NCBI GenBank assembly: GCA_964438135.1 | Contig: CAYTJW010000002.1 | Location: forward strand, 1 to 57,567 | Reading direction: 5' to 3' | Length of the DNA stretch: 57,567 bases | From: an uncultured Thermoanaerobaculia bacterium | GTDB lineage: Bacteria; Acidobacteriota; Thermoanaerobaculia; Thermoanaerobaculales; Sulfomarinibacteraceae | Translations under genes and position numbers: made by a program | Part shown: positions 41,162 to 51,515 of the stretch, in pieces | Layout of the letters: each line of letters opens with the position of its first letter | Position numbering within the stretch: the first letter of the stretch is position 1 | The notes under the pieces: model-generated | Seen by the model: only the letters and a program-made list of their open reading frames with translations | Databases searched by the model: none | What the model was told of the DNA's origin: nothing

Positions 41162-42936
41162 GTCCTCGTGCCTGCAACTCCCACGCCGCGCACGGCCTGT
41201 TGCACGGCATCTGCAAACGGTTGAAGGCTCTTGCCAAGCTCCCCCCAGAGCCCGAAGGTCACGACCTTCTCCTCAAGCTCTCGTCCGCCCTTCCTCGACT
41301 TGAACCACTTCTCCGCGTGCTTCCGCCATGCCTTCTTCTCATGATCGTCGAGGTCGGTCCTGTCGGCGGGGATTGTGCCGGTCGCGGCCTCGATAATGAG
41401 GCGCTTCAAGTCAGCCGCCCGCTGACGGATCAAACTGAAGTCCTTGCCCTCGAGGCCAAGACGATCAGCTAGTGTGCGCAGCCGATCACCGGCGAGACCA
41501 TCCGGTGGAGTGATGAATGCCTCGAGTTGGTCATCGGCCACGAGCGGGACCACGTTCTCCTCGATGCACCCGGTCCCCCACCGGAAGAGCAGCGCCCCGA
41601 GCCGCTGCTGCACGCGCTTCCACCGCTCGGGGTTGCGGCCCTCCTCATCGACGAACCCCGCGACCGAGAGCCCCGCTGCCGAAAGGGCGTCGAGGATCTC
41701 GAGTGCCCTCTCGTTGCCACCGCCGTCTGTGATGACGATCCCGTGGGTGAGGAGATCCGAGTTCAGGTGACGACGCAACAGCGCATCGACGAAGCCGATC
41801 TCGGTGGCGCCCTCCACGACGACTGGCATGCGAGCGAGGTACGCCTCTGGGTCCTGGAGTCGATGGCCTTCCGTGCCTCGTGCGAGGCAGCCGATGGACC
41901 CTCGGGAGTCGAGGTACCAAAGCGCCGCGTCATTAGCTGCTCGGATGACAGCAGCACTGTGCGTCGTGACGAAGATCTGTGATTGGCGCTCGCTCAGCTC
42001 GGCAACAAGCGACCGTTGCCGGTAGGGCTCAAGGCCGCGTTCAATCTCGTCGATGAGGATGATGGGGTCGTCCCCCTGGTTTACGGCCGCAATCTCGAGC
42101 GCGGCGAGACGCCGGGTTCCGGAGCCCCAGCTCGCCAGAGGCAGCCGAGCGCCCTCTCGGGCTGCCGTGAGTCCGATCAGCGCGTTGAGCGACAAGCCCT
42201 GCCCCCCTGTGAGTCCAAGGCTCAGGTCGGTGGGTAGCGCCCTTGCGGCGAAGGCCGTGCTGAGCTCCGTGAGCTGCGCCTGGGCGTCCGAGGAGAGCTG
42301 TTCGTTGACGTCGTTCAGCGCGAGACGCTGCGCGAGGCGCGAACGCAGCGTCTTGTCGCCGACGAGACGGTCCAGTGCCGAGCCGTGGACGAGGCGGAGG
42401 TCGCGGTCGTTCCGGTCATCTCCCCCGAGGCGCACGAGGCCGATGCCCCGCCGCACACCGACGCTGAGATTGATGGCCTCCTCGTTCGGCTGGAGGATCT
42501 CGTAGGCAAGATCCAGCTCTGAGGTGCCTCGCACACGCAGCCGGTAGACCGCGTCCACCATGGTCCCGGGTTGGTGCTCCTCCCCGGGCTGCACCGGGTC
42601 CGCGCCGTCCCACTCCCAAGGCCATGCCGGCTTTCGGTCGTGGTTGATCCCTGAAGACTCCGGGAGCGACATGACACCCTCGATGCAGAACTCCTCGTCC
42701 GACCGTCGCAGGTAGTAGTCGGCGTCAGTGACCAGCGTCGTGTTGGTCGGGCAGAGAAGGAGCGCGATCGCATCCAATATGGTGGTCTTGCCGACATCCC
42801 CGCCGCCGAGGATCAAGTTGAGGCCCTCGTCCGGTAACCAGACCAGCTTCTGGATTCCCCGAAAGCGCTCGACGACCAGACGCTTGATCGTGGGGACCTG
42901 GGGAGTGGCGACTGGGGACGGAGGTGTGTCGTTCAT
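41158..42936 (-). CDS. gajA: OLD-family ABC-type ATPase plus Toprim nuclease, GajA-like
   Basis: Internal ATG 42936 of track ORF 41158..43290. The sequence has IKRLVVERFRGIQ, Walker A GGGDVGKTTILDAI, Walker B ILIDEIERGLEP, and the Toprim motifs VVVEGATEIGF and VITDGGGN. Confidence 0.8.
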   Translation of the reverse strand: MNDTPPSPVATPQVPTIKRLVVERFRGIQKLVWLPDEGLNLILGGGDVGKTTILDAIALLLCPTNTTLVTDADYYLRRSDEEFCIEGVMSLPESSGINHDRKPAWPWEWDGADPVQPGEEHQPGTMVDAVYRLRVRGTSELDLAYEILQPNEEAINLSVGVRRGIGLVRLGGDDRNDRDLRLVHGSALDRLVGDKTLRSRLAQRLALNDVNEQLSSDAQAQLTELSTAFAARALPTDLSLGLTGGQGLSLNALIGLTAAREGARLPLASWGSGTRRLAALEIAAVNQGDDPIILIDEIERGLEPYRQRSLVAELSERQSQIFVTTHSAAVIRAANDAALWYLDSRGSIGCLARGTEGHRLQDPEAYLARMPVVVEGATEIGFVDALLRRHLNSDLLTHGIVITDGGGNERALEILDALSAAGLSVAGFVDEEGRNPERWKRVQQRLGALLFRWGTGCIEENVVPLVADDQLEAFITPPDGLAGDRLRTLADRLGLEGKDFSLIRQRAADLKRLIIEAATGTIPADRTDLDDHEKKAWRKHAEKWFKSRKGGRELEEKVVTFGLWGELGKSLQPFADAVQQAVRGVGVAGTRT

Positions 42937-43048
42937 GTCATCGCCCACTGTAACGGAGCAACGAGGTGCGCTCAATCGAAGGACTGACCTGGAGCATCGG
43001 GCCGCCCCGGCCTTCATCAACTCGCGGCGCACGAGTAGAATCCATACG

Positions 43049-46000
43049 ATGGCGAACACAGCCGTGACAGACCTGGTCCCTGGAGTGGTGGTGGAAGGCC
43101 CGATCGTGCCGGAGCCCATCGAGGTCATGGGCACCGTGCCGATGGGCGGGTCGGTGAAGCTCATGGGCCGGGGACTTCGGACCGGCCTCTTCCGCGACCC
43201 GGTGCTCACGGTCGCCCAGGTGGCGCAGCTCGCGGTCACGCCGAAGGACCCTCCCTTCGACGGCGACCCCGGCCGCTTCAAGCTCGGCATCGAGGCGGCG
43301 CGCCTCGGGCTGGCGTACGAGTACGACCCGTACTTCTCGCTCTCGATCGCCCGGATCGACCCGCTGCCCCACCAGCTCGAGGCGGTCTACGACTACTTCC
43401 TCAAGCTGCCGCGCATCCGCTTCCTGCTCGCCGACGACCCGGGCGCGGGCAAGACGATCATGGCCGGCCTGCTCCTCAAGGAGCTGAAGATCCGGGGGCT
43501 CGTGCGGCGGACCCTCATCGTCGCCCCGGCCAACCTCACGTTCCAGTGGCAGCGCGAGCTGCAGGACAAGTTCCGCGAGCCGTTCGAGGTCATGCGCGGT
43601 GAGGTCCTACGCAGCCAGTACGGCCAGAACCCCTGGCAGGAGAAGAGCCAGGTCGTCACCTCGGTGTCGTGGATCTCGCGGATCGACGACGCCAAGGAGA
43701 GCCTGCTGCGGTCCCACTGGGACCTCATCGTCGTCGACGAGGCGCACAAGATGAGCGCCTACAGCGAGGACAAGAAGACCCTCGCCTTCCAGCTCGGGGA
43801 GGCGCTCTCGAGCCGGACCGACCACTACCTGCTCATGACGGCGACACCCCACAAGGGCGACCCGGACAACTTCCGGCTGTTCCTCTCCCTCCTCGACCGG
43901 GACGTCTACGGCGACGTCGCGAGCCTCGAGGAGGCGATGCGCCGCCAGTCGGCGCCGTTCTACCTGCGGCGCACGAAGGAGGCCCTCGTCACCTTCCCGG
44001 ACGAGACCGGCGAGGCGAAGAAGCTCTTCACCCGGCGCGAGGTGCGCACGATCAAGTTCGACCTCAACCCGGACGAGCTCGACTTCTACAACGAGCTGAC
44101 CGACTACGTCGAGCAGCAGTCGGCCCGGGCCGACCAGGCCGGTTCCCCGCAGGCGCGGGCGGTCAGCTTCACCATGGCGATGCTCCAGCGCCGGTTCGCG
44201 TCCTCGGTGTACGCGGTGCGCCGCAGCCTCGAGCGGATGCGCGACAAGCGCCAGAAGATCCTCGACGACCCGGAGAAGTACCGCAAGGAGCAGCTCGAGA
44301 AGAAGCTGCCCGCCGACTACGAGGACCTCACCGACGAGGAGCAGCAGGAGGTGATCGCCAACCTCGAGGACGCGGTGGTCGACGTCGACCCCGTCGCCCT
44401 GCGCGAGGAGATCCAGCGGCTCGACAGGCTCGTCCTCCAGGCCAAGACCCTGGAGTCCAGGGAGGTCGAGTCGAAGCTCCAGCGCCTCCACGACCTGCTC
44501 AGGGACCGGGGCATCTTCGACGACCCGAAGATGAAGCTCCTCCTCTTCACCGAGCACAAGGACACGCTCGACTACCTGGCCGGGGACGGCCGCGACGGCC
44601 GACCGCTGGGCAAGCTGCGGGAGTGGGGCCTGTCGGTGACGCAGATCCACGGCGGCATGAAGATCGGCGACCGCGACACGCCCGGCACCCGCATCTACGC
44701 CGAGCGCGAGTTCCGCGAGTCGGCCCAGGTGCTCGCCGCCACCGAGGCCGCGGGCGAGGGCATCAACCTCCAGTTCTGCTGGTTCATGGTCAACTACGAC
44801 ATCCCATGGAACCCGGTGCGCCTCGAGCAGCGCATGGGCCGCATCCACCGCTACGGCCAGGAGAAGGACTGCCTCATCTTCAACTTCGTCTCGATCTCCA
44901 CCCGCGAGGGCCGCGTCCTCGACAAGCTCTTCGAGCGCATCGAGGCGATCGAGGCCGACCTCGACCCGCGGCGCACGGGCAAGGTGTTCAACGTGCTCGG
45001 CGAGGTGTTCCCGGCCAACGCCCTGGAGAAGATGATCCGCGACATGTACGCCCGCAACCAGACCGTGGACGTCATCATGGAGCGCATCGTCCGCGAGGTC
45101 GACACGGCCCACTTCCAGCGGATCACCGAGTCGACGCTCGAGGGGCTCGCCCGGAGGACGCTCAACCTGCAGGCGATCGTCGGCAAGTCCGCCGAGGCCA
45201 AGGAGCGGCGCCTCGTCCCGGAGGTCATCGAGGACTTCTTCACGGCCGGCGGCCCGGTGGCCGGCGTCCACCCGAGCCCGGTCCGGGCCACGGCCCACGT
45301 CTACCGGGTCGGGCGGGTCCCGCGCACGCTCGCCGAGGTCGGCGAGCGGCTCGAGCCGCGCTTCGGGCGCCTCGGCGGCGAGTACAGCCGGATCGCCTTC
45401 GACAAGCAGCACCTCCTCGACGACGCCACCCTCGAGTGGGTGACGCCGGGTCACCCCCTGTTCGAGGCGGTGCGCGCCGATGTCGAGGAGCGGGCCGCCA
45501 CGGACCTGCGGCGCGGCGCGCTCTTCTGGGACCTGCACGCGAGCGCGCCGTACCGCCTCGACGTGTTCACCGCGTCGGTGAAGGACGGGCGCGGCCACAC
45601 GCTGCACAAGCGGCTCTTCGTCGTCCGCGCCGACCTCGACGGGACCCTGTCGGTGCGCCAGCCGACGCTGTTCCTCGACGTGGTCCCGGCCACCGGCGCC
45701 GCGCCGCCGACCGGCGCCGCGCTGCCCGACCGCCCGGCGGTCGAGACCTTCCTGCTCGAGCGCGCCCTCTCGCCGTTCCTCGACGAGATCACCGCCGAGC
45801 GGATGCGCGAGAACGAGACGGTCCGGCGCCACGTCGAGATCTCGCTCAACGAGCTGATCGGCCGGCAGAACGAGAAGCTCGCCGAGCTGGTCGGCCAGCA
45901 GGAGGGCGGCGACACCACCCCGGGCCTGGCGGGCAACGTGAAGCAGGCGAGCGACCACCTGGAGGAGCTGAACGGCCGCCTCGAGCGGCGCCTGCGCGAG

Positions 46001-46516
46001 CTGGAGATGGAGCGCCACTGCACCATCGGCGACATCCAGCACCTCGGCCGGGCGTGGGTGCTGCCCCACCCGAAGCGCGACGTGCCCGAGATCGCCCGGA
46101 TGGTCCGCGACCCCGAGATCGAGCGCATCGCCGTCCAGGAGGCGATCCGCCACGAGGAGGCGCGGGGCTGGCAGGTCGAGAGCGTCGAGAGCGAGAACCG
46201 CGGCTTCGACCTCATCTCGCGCAAGCCCCACCCCGAGGACCCCAAGACGTTCGTCGAGGTGCGGTTCATCGAGGTGAAGGGCCGGGCCGGCACCGACGCG
46301 ATCGCCCTCAGCCCGAACGAGCACCGCACCGCGCAGCGCCTCGCCGCGGACTACTGGCTCTACGTCGTCTTCGACTGCGCCTCGGCCCCGCGGCTCCAGG
46401 CGATCCAGGACCCGGCCCGCCTGGGCTGGAAGCCGGTCGTCGAGGTGAAGCACTTCCTGATCGGGCCGCAGGCGGTGGCGCAGGCCACCGCGGCGCCGCC
46501 GGAGCCGACCTCATGA
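43049..46516 (+). CDS. SNF2-family helicase with a C-terminal DUF3883 (nuclease-fold) domain
   Basis: Internal ATG 43049 of track ORF 42728..46516. The motifs are LADDPGAGKT, VVDEAHKMSA and NYDIPWNPVRLEQRMGRIHRYGQ. The C-terminus has NRGFDLIS...FIEVKGRAG...LSPNEHRTAQRLAADYWLYVV. Confidence 0.9.
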   Translation: MANTAVTDLVPGVVVEGPIVPEPIEVMGTVPMGGSVKLMGRGLRTGLFRDPVLTVAQVAQLAVTPKDPPFDGDPGRFKLGIEAARLGLAYEYDPYFSLSIARIDPLPHQLEAVYDYFLKLPRIRFLLADDPGAGKTIMAGLLLKELKIRGLVRRTLIVAPANLTFQWQRELQDKFREPFEVMRGEVLRSQYGQNPWQEKSQVVTSVSWISRIDDAKESLLRSHWDLIVVDEAHKMSAYSEDKKTLAFQLGEALSSRTDHYLLMTATPHKGDPDNFRLFLSLLDRDVYGDVASLEEAMRRQSAPFYLRRTKEALVTFPDETGEAKKLFTRREVRTIKFDLNPDELDFYNELTDYVEQQSARADQAGSPQARAVSFTMAMLQRRFASSVYAVRRSLERMRDKRQKILDDPEKYRKEQLEKKLPADYEDLTDEEQQEVIANLEDAVVDVDPVALREEIQRLDRLVLQAKTLESREVESKLQRLHDLLRDRGIFDDPKMKLLLFTEHKDTLDYLAGDGRDGRPLGKLREWGLSVTQIHGGMKIGDRDTPGTRIYAEREFRESAQVLAATEAAGEGINLQFCWFMVNYDIPWNPVRLEQRMGRIHRYGQEKDCLIFNFVSISTREGRVLDKLFERIEAIEADLDPRRTGKVFNVLGEVFPANALEKMIRDMYARNQTVDVIMERIVREVDTAHFQRITESTLEGLARRTLNLQAIVGKSAEAKERRLVPEVIEDFFTAGGPVAGVHPSPVRATAHVYRVGRVPRTLAEVGERLEPRFGRLGGEYSRIAFDKQHLLDDATLEWVTPGHPLFEAVRADVEERAATDLRRGALFWDLHASAPYRLDVFTASVKDGRGHTLHKRLFVVRADLDGTLSVRQPTLFLDVVPATGAAPPTGAALPDRPAVETFLLERALSPFLDEITAERMRENETVRRHVEISLNELIGRQNEKLAELVGQQEGGDTTPGLAGNVKQASDHLEELNGRLERRLRELEMERHCTIGDIQHLGRAWVLPHPKRDVPEIARMVRDPEIERIAVQEAIRHEEARGWQVESVESENRGFDLISRKPHPEDPKTFVEVRFIEVKGRAGTDAIALSPNEHRTAQRLAADYWLYVVFDCASAPRLQAIQDPARLGWKPVVEVKHFLIGPQAVAQATAAPPEPTS

Positions 46517-48198
46517 TGACCGCCGACCAGGTGCGTGCCCTCGCGGCGGGAGGCGAGACGTTCACCGTCGAGCTCAAGAGCGAGCGCAGGGCTCGCCTGG
46601 GCGACCAGGACGTCTACGAGGCCGTGGTGTGCCTCGCCAACGCGGACGGCGGCACGCTGCTCATCGGCGTCGAGAACGACGGCACGATCACCGGCGCCCG
46701 CCCCCGCCACCAGGCGACCACCGAGCCGGTGAAGCTCCAGGCCGCCATCTTCAACAACACCCACCCGTCGATCAACACGCGCGTGTCGGTGGTCGACGTC
46801 GGAGGCACGACGGTGGTCGCCGTCGAGGTCGACCCGTACCCGCAAGTGTGCGCCACCCAGTCGGGCAAGTGCCTGCGCCGCGTCCTGCAGGCGGACGGCC
46901 CGCAGTGCGTGCCGTTCTACCCGCACGAGCACGTCCAGCGCCGCAGCGACCTCGGGCTCGCCGACCTCTCGGCGCAGGTCGTCGCCGACGTGGAGGCCAG
47001 GCAGCTCGACCCGCTCCAGTTCGAGCGCGCCCGGCGGGCGATCCGCACCCGCCACGGCGACCAGAAGCTGCTCGCCCTGAGCGACCTGGAAATGGCCAAG
47101 GCGCTGCGCGTCGTCGAGTCGCAGGGCGGCAAGCTCGTCGCCACGCTGGCCGGCCTGCTCCTGTTCGGCCGCGAGGAGGACCTCCTCCGCCACGTCCCGA
47201 CCCACAAGGCGGCGTTCCAGGTTCTCGACGAGAAGGCCGACGTGCGGATGAACGACTTCTTCACGGCGCCGCTGCTCGAGACCATCGAGGCCGTCGAGAG
47301 CCGCTTCGACGCCCGCAACGACGAGAAGGAGGTCCTGGTCGGGATGATCCGCGTCCCGATCCCGAGCTACAGCCGGGAGGCGTTTCGCGAGGCGACGTTG
47401 AACGCGCTGCTCCACCGCGACTTCTCCCAGCTCGGCGTCGTCCACGTCCAGTGGCACCCCGACCACCTGCTGATCACCAACCCGGGCGGCTTCCTCGCCG
47501 GCATCGGCCCGCACAACGTCCTCTCCCACGAGCCGAGGCCCAGGAACCCGCGCCTCTACGCGGCGATGAACCGGCTCGGGCTCGTCGAGTACACGGCCCG
47601 GGGGGTGGACAAGATCTTCGTCGGGCAGGCCCGCTACGGCCGGCCCGCCCCGGACTACTCCTCCTCGGACGCGACCGGCGTCCGGGTCGTGCTGTACGGC
47701 GGCAAGGCGTCGCTGGAGTTCGCCGCGTTCGTCGCCCAGCAGGAGCGCCAGGGCAGCCCGATCACGACCGACCAGCTCCTCATCCTCAACGCCCTGCACC
47801 TCGAGCGGCGCATCGACACGGACGCCGCGGCCAGGACCATCCAGGAGAGCGCGTCGCGGGCCCGGGCCGTCCTCGAGGCCCTGGTCGAGCACGGCTGGGT
47901 CGAGGCCAAGGGCGAGAAGCGGGGCCGGGTGTACCACCTCTCCGCGTCGGTGTACCGACAGCTTGGGGAGCCGGGAGCCTACGTCAGGGTCCACGGCATC
48001 TCGGCCGCCAGACAGGAGGCACTGGTCCTCGAGTACGTGACCGCACACGGCCGCATCGAGCGCAAGCACGTCGTGGAGCTGTGCGGGCTGAACGAGGACC
48101 AGTCGAGCCGCCTTCTCGCCAAGATGACCCGGGCCGGCAGGCTCGCTCGCCGTGGTACCTCCCGGAAGGGCGCCTACTATGTCATCCCCTCAGAGTGA
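46513..48198 (+). CDS. COG2865-type protein (AlbA_2/Schlafen-like DNA-binding domain, ATPase-like domain and wHTH)
   Basis: ATG 46513 overlaps the helicase stop as ATGA. This is the C-terminal part of track ORF 43669..48198. The N-terminus is ETFTVELKSE...EAVVCLANADGGTLLIGVENDGTITG. Confidence 0.8.
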   Translation: MMTADQVRALAAGGETFTVELKSERRARLGDQDVYEAVVCLANADGGTLLIGVENDGTITGARPRHQATTEPVKLQAAIFNNTHPSINTRVSVVDVGGTTVVAVEVDPYPQVCATQSGKCLRRVLQADGPQCVPFYPHEHVQRRSDLGLADLSAQVVADVEARQLDPLQFERARRAIRTRHGDQKLLALSDLEMAKALRVVESQGGKLVATLAGLLLFGREEDLLRHVPTHKAAFQVLDEKADVRMNDFFTAPLLETIEAVESRFDARNDEKEVLVGMIRVPIPSYSREAFREATLNALLHRDFSQLGVVHVQWHPDHLLITNPGGFLAGIGPHNVLSHEPRPRNPRLYAAMNRLGLVEYTARGVDKIFVGQARYGRPAPDYSSSDATGVRVVLYGGKASLEFAAFVAQQERQGSPITTDQLLILNALHLERRIDTDAAARTIQESASRARAVLEALVEHGWVEAKGEKRGRVYHLSASVYRQLGEPGAYVRVHGISAARQEALVLEYVTAHGRIERKHVVELCGLNEDQSSRLLAKMTRAGRLARRGTSRKGAYYVIPSE

Positions 48199-48365
48199 GA
48201 TGCGCATGATCCACGCGCCGTACACGCACATTTCCACGCGGGCGACCTGCCCGCCGGCCTGCGCGTGGAAGCTCGCGTGCAAACCGCCTGTAACCCAGGG
48301 CACACGCCTGGCGCACGTCGCGTGCCCACACGGCGCATCGAGACAGCAGGACCGAGACACCACTC

Positions 48366-51300
48366 ATGCCTGACGCGCCCACCTACCCGAAACGGCTCAT
48401 CGAGGTCGACCTGCCGATCCGCCGGATCTCGGCGCACGCGCGGCGGGAGAAGTCGATCCGTCACGGCCACATCTCCACGCTGCACATCTGGTGGGCGCGG
48501 CGACCGCTCGCGGCGTGCCGCGCGGTGATCTGCGCGGCGCTCTGGCCGGACCCGGCCGATCCGCTCTGCCCTGACAACTTCCGGGAGGCGGCCAGAAAAG
48601 AGATGCGGGCGTGGGCGACCACGCACATGAAGCTCCTCTCCCCGGAGAGCTACCCCCGGTTCAACGCGATCGCCCGGGACCCAAGAAGGCTTGACGATCC
48701 GCTCGAGCTGCGGAAGGCGCTGCTCGACTTCATCGCGGACTTCGCCAACTGGGACAACTCCACGGTGACCGAGTACCTGGAGACCAGCCGCACTCTAACT
48801 CAAGCTGCGCATGAATCGCTGGCTGGTGAACCAGGAACTCGGCCGCTGGTCGCGGACCCTTTCGCCGGCGGTGGGGCGATCCCACTTGAGGCTCTGCGGG
48901 TTGGTGCAGAAGCGTTCGCGTCCGATCTGAATCCAATCGCCGTCATCCTCAATCGGGTTATCCTGGAGCACATCCCCAAGTACGGGTCACAGGCGATTAA
49001 CGTCACGGATGAGAGCGGGAAACGCCGCCGTCTAGCTGGTCTTGGCGAGGTCGTCCGGCATTGGGGCACCTGGGTGCAAGAAGAGGCGGAGCGACGGCTT
49101 TCATCCTACTACCCTCATGATCCCAACGGATCTGTACCAATCGCTTATCTCTGGGCTCGTACGATCCAATGCGAGGGGCCAGGTTGTGGTGTGGAGGTGC
49201 CCCTGATCCGGTCTCTCTGGCTTTCCAGAGGGCAGAAGACCGGCGTGGCGTTGCGATTGGTGCCAAACGTACCCGGGAAGAGGGTTGACGTGGAGATCCT
49301 CAACGACCCACAGATAGTCGGAGCCGCCGAAGGAACTGTGAAGCGGGGTTCTGCCGTTTGCCCGTTGTGCAAGTACACCACACCTGTGAAGGCGGTGAGG
49401 AAGCAGCTGAGCATGAGGAGAGGGGGAGCTTCAACCGCTCGGTTGCTGGCCGTGGTAACGGCGGTACCCGGGACCACAGGGCGCGCTTTCAGATTGCCGG
49501 AGGAACGCGACCGCGCCGCGATCAGGCTTGCCGTGAAGGAGTACGAGAGGAAGGCGAAGGAGTTGATCGCGCCGCAGTTACCGACATTGCCAGACGAGGC
49601 AATATCGCTCCAGGGGACACACAGGATCATCAAGATGCTGATCTACGGTGCTCGTTCCTGGAGCGACCTATTCACCCCTAGGCAGCTCGTAACCCTTGCG
49701 ACATTCGCTAGTCTCGTGCGAGAAGTTGGGCACAAGATCCGTTCCGAGAACGGGAGGGACCTCGCGTGTGCGGTGCAGACCCTGCTGGCCCTTGTGCTCG
49801 GGAGGGTCGCTGATCGCTGCTCTGCCCTTTGCAGGTATGATCCGTCCCCCACCATGAGCGGAATCAACAACACCTTCTCGCGGCAGGCGCTGCCGATCGT
49901 GTGGGACTTCGCTGAAGGTGACCCGCTCGGGAATCGGTCTGGCGGGTGGGGCCAGTGTCTTAACTGGTTGACGATGGTTCTCGAACGGGAGAACCAAGCC
50001 GGACTGAAACCCGGCACGGTGGACCTTGCGGATGCTGGAAACCACCCCCTACCCGACGATTCCGTGGACTGCCTGGTGACCGATCCTCCATACTACTCAG
50101 CGATTGCGTACGCTGCGCTCTCCGACTTCTTCTACGTGTGGCAGAAACGGGCTGGTCGGGAGGCAGAACCTCGTCTACTCGCGGACAGCATTGTGAACCG
50201 TGATGCAGAGATCATTGTGGACATGCATCACGAGAAGAACTCATCAAACAAGACAGTAGCCTTCTACGAGTCCCGGCTAACTGAAGCGTTCTCTGAAGCT
50301 CGTAGGGTACTGCGCCCAGACGGTATTGGGGCAATCGTCTTCGCTTCGAAGACAACGGCTAGCTGGGAAGCGATCCTCCAAGCTGTGCTTGATGCCGGAT
50401 GGACTATCTCCGCGTCATGGCCGATAGACACGGAGATGGAGAACAAGGTCGCTGCAATCGGACAAGCCCGGCTGATGTCGTCGGTTCACCTTGTCTGTCG
50501 CCCACGAGAGAACGCTGATGGTTCGCTGCGAACCGGCGACGTCGGTGACTGGCGCGAGGTGCTGGGCGAGCTCCCTCGGCGAATCCACGAGTGGATGCCT
50601 CGTCTCGCCGACGAGGGCGTCGTCGGGGCAGACGCTATCTTCGCCTGTCTCGGCCCGGCGCTGGAGATCTACTCGCGTTACTCCCGGGTCGAAAGGACGA
50701 GCGGTGACGCAGTAACGCTGAAGGAGTACCTCGTGCACGTATGGGCGGCCGTCTCGAAGGAGGCGCTGTCGATGATCTTCCGTGATGCCGACACATCTGG
50801 CCTCGAGCCTGATGCCCGCCTTACCGCCATGTGGCTGTGGACACTGGCTGGCCCCGTGGGCACGGAAGCCGACCCCATGGTTACTCTGGACAAGGAGATC
50901 GTCGACGAAGACGAGGACGAAGAGACGGCACCCAAGGCTAGAAACACCGGGTTCGCTCTGGAGTTCGACGCCGCTCGCAAGATCGCTCAGGGACTCGGTG
51001 CACGTCTTGAGGAGCTGACGACCGTCGTCGAAGTGAAGGGTGACACCGCCCGACTGCTGCCGGTCGCCGAGCGGACAAAGGCGCTCTTCGCCAAGGCCGA
51101 GCGGACCGCCGCTGCCGCCCGCAAGAAGGGGTCGAAGCAGAAGCAGAAGCAGATGAACCTCTTCGAGGAGGAGATCGGGCAGGCGGCCGAGGAGCAGGGC
51201 TGGGACGCCGTCGGCGCGCCCGAGGCGGGCAAGACGACCCTCGACCGGGTCCACCAGGCCATGCTGCTGTTCGGCACCGGCCGTGGCGAGGCGCTCAAGC

Positions 51301-51443
51301 GGTTCCTCGTCGAGGAGGGCGTCGGCCGCCAGGCGCCGTTCTGGAAGCTCGCCCAGGCGCTGTCGGCTCTCTACCCCGCCGGCTGCGACGAGAAGCGCTG
51401 GGTCGACGGCGTGCTCGCCCGGAAGAAGGGCCTCGGCTTCTGA
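48366..51443 (+). CDS. DUF1156-domain DNA methyltransferase
   Basis: Track ORF of 1025 aa. The N-terminal signature is LIEVDLPIRRISAHARREKSIRHGHISTLHIWWARRPLAACRAV. The catalytic motif is LVTDPPYY. The middle of the gene is visibly less GC-rich. Confidence 0.9.
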   Translation: MPDAPTYPKRLIEVDLPIRRISAHARREKSIRHGHISTLHIWWARRPLAACRAVICAALWPDPADPLCPDNFREAARKEMRAWATTHMKLLSPESYPRFNAIARDPRRLDDPLELRKALLDFIADFANWDNSTVTEYLETSRTLTQAAHESLAGEPGTRPLVADPFAGGGAIPLEALRVGAEAFASDLNPIAVILNRVILEHIPKYGSQAINVTDESGKRRRLAGLGEVVRHWGTWVQEEAERRLSSYYPHDPNGSVPIAYLWARTIQCEGPGCGVEVPLIRSLWLSRGQKTGVALRLVPNVPGKRVDVEILNDPQIVGAAEGTVKRGSAVCPLCKYTTPVKAVRKQLSMRRGGASTARLLAVVTAVPGTTGRAFRLPEERDRAAIRLAVKEYERKAKELIAPQLPTLPDEAISLQGTHRIIKMLIYGARSWSDLFTPRQLVTLATFASLVREVGHKIRSENGRDLACAVQTLLALVLGRVADRCSALCRYDPSPTMSGINNTFSRQALPIVWDFAEGDPLGNRSGGWGQCLNWLTMVLERENQAGLKPGTVDLADAGNHPLPDDSVDCLVTDPPYYSAIAYAALSDFFYVWQKRAGREAEPRLLADSIVNRDAEIIVDMHHEKNSSNKTVAFYESRLTEAFSEARRVLRPDGIGAIVFASKTTASWEAILQAVLDAGWTISASWPIDTEMENKVAAIGQARLMSSVHLVCRPRENADGSLRTGDVGDWREVLGELPRRIHEWMPRLADEGVVGADAIFACLGPALEIYSRYSRVERTSGDAVTLKEYLVHVWAAVSKEALSMIFRDADTSGLEPDARLTAMWLWTLAGPVGTEADPMVTLDKEIVDEDEDEETAPKARNTGFALEFDAARKIAQGLGARLEELTTVVEVKGDTARLLPVAERTKALFAKAERTAAAARKKGSKQKQKQMNLFEEEIGQAAEEQGWDAVGAPEAGKTTLDRVHQAMLLFGTGRGEALKRFLVEEGVGRQAPFWKLAQALSALYPAGCDEKRWVDGVLARKKGLGF

Positions 51444-51515
51444 TGACCACCAGCTCCCCCTACCACCAACACCGCTATGCCGCGACGAGCAACGCCTGAG
51501 GAGAGTGCGACCGCC

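Noticed and set aside
43607-48209. Very long ORFs 43607..46453 (minus), 43669..48198 (first ~950 aa), 46360..48069 (minus) and 46629..48209
   Set aside because: These are shadows of the helicase and COG2865 genes. Only the last 561 aa of 43669..48198, from ATG 46513, are protein-like.
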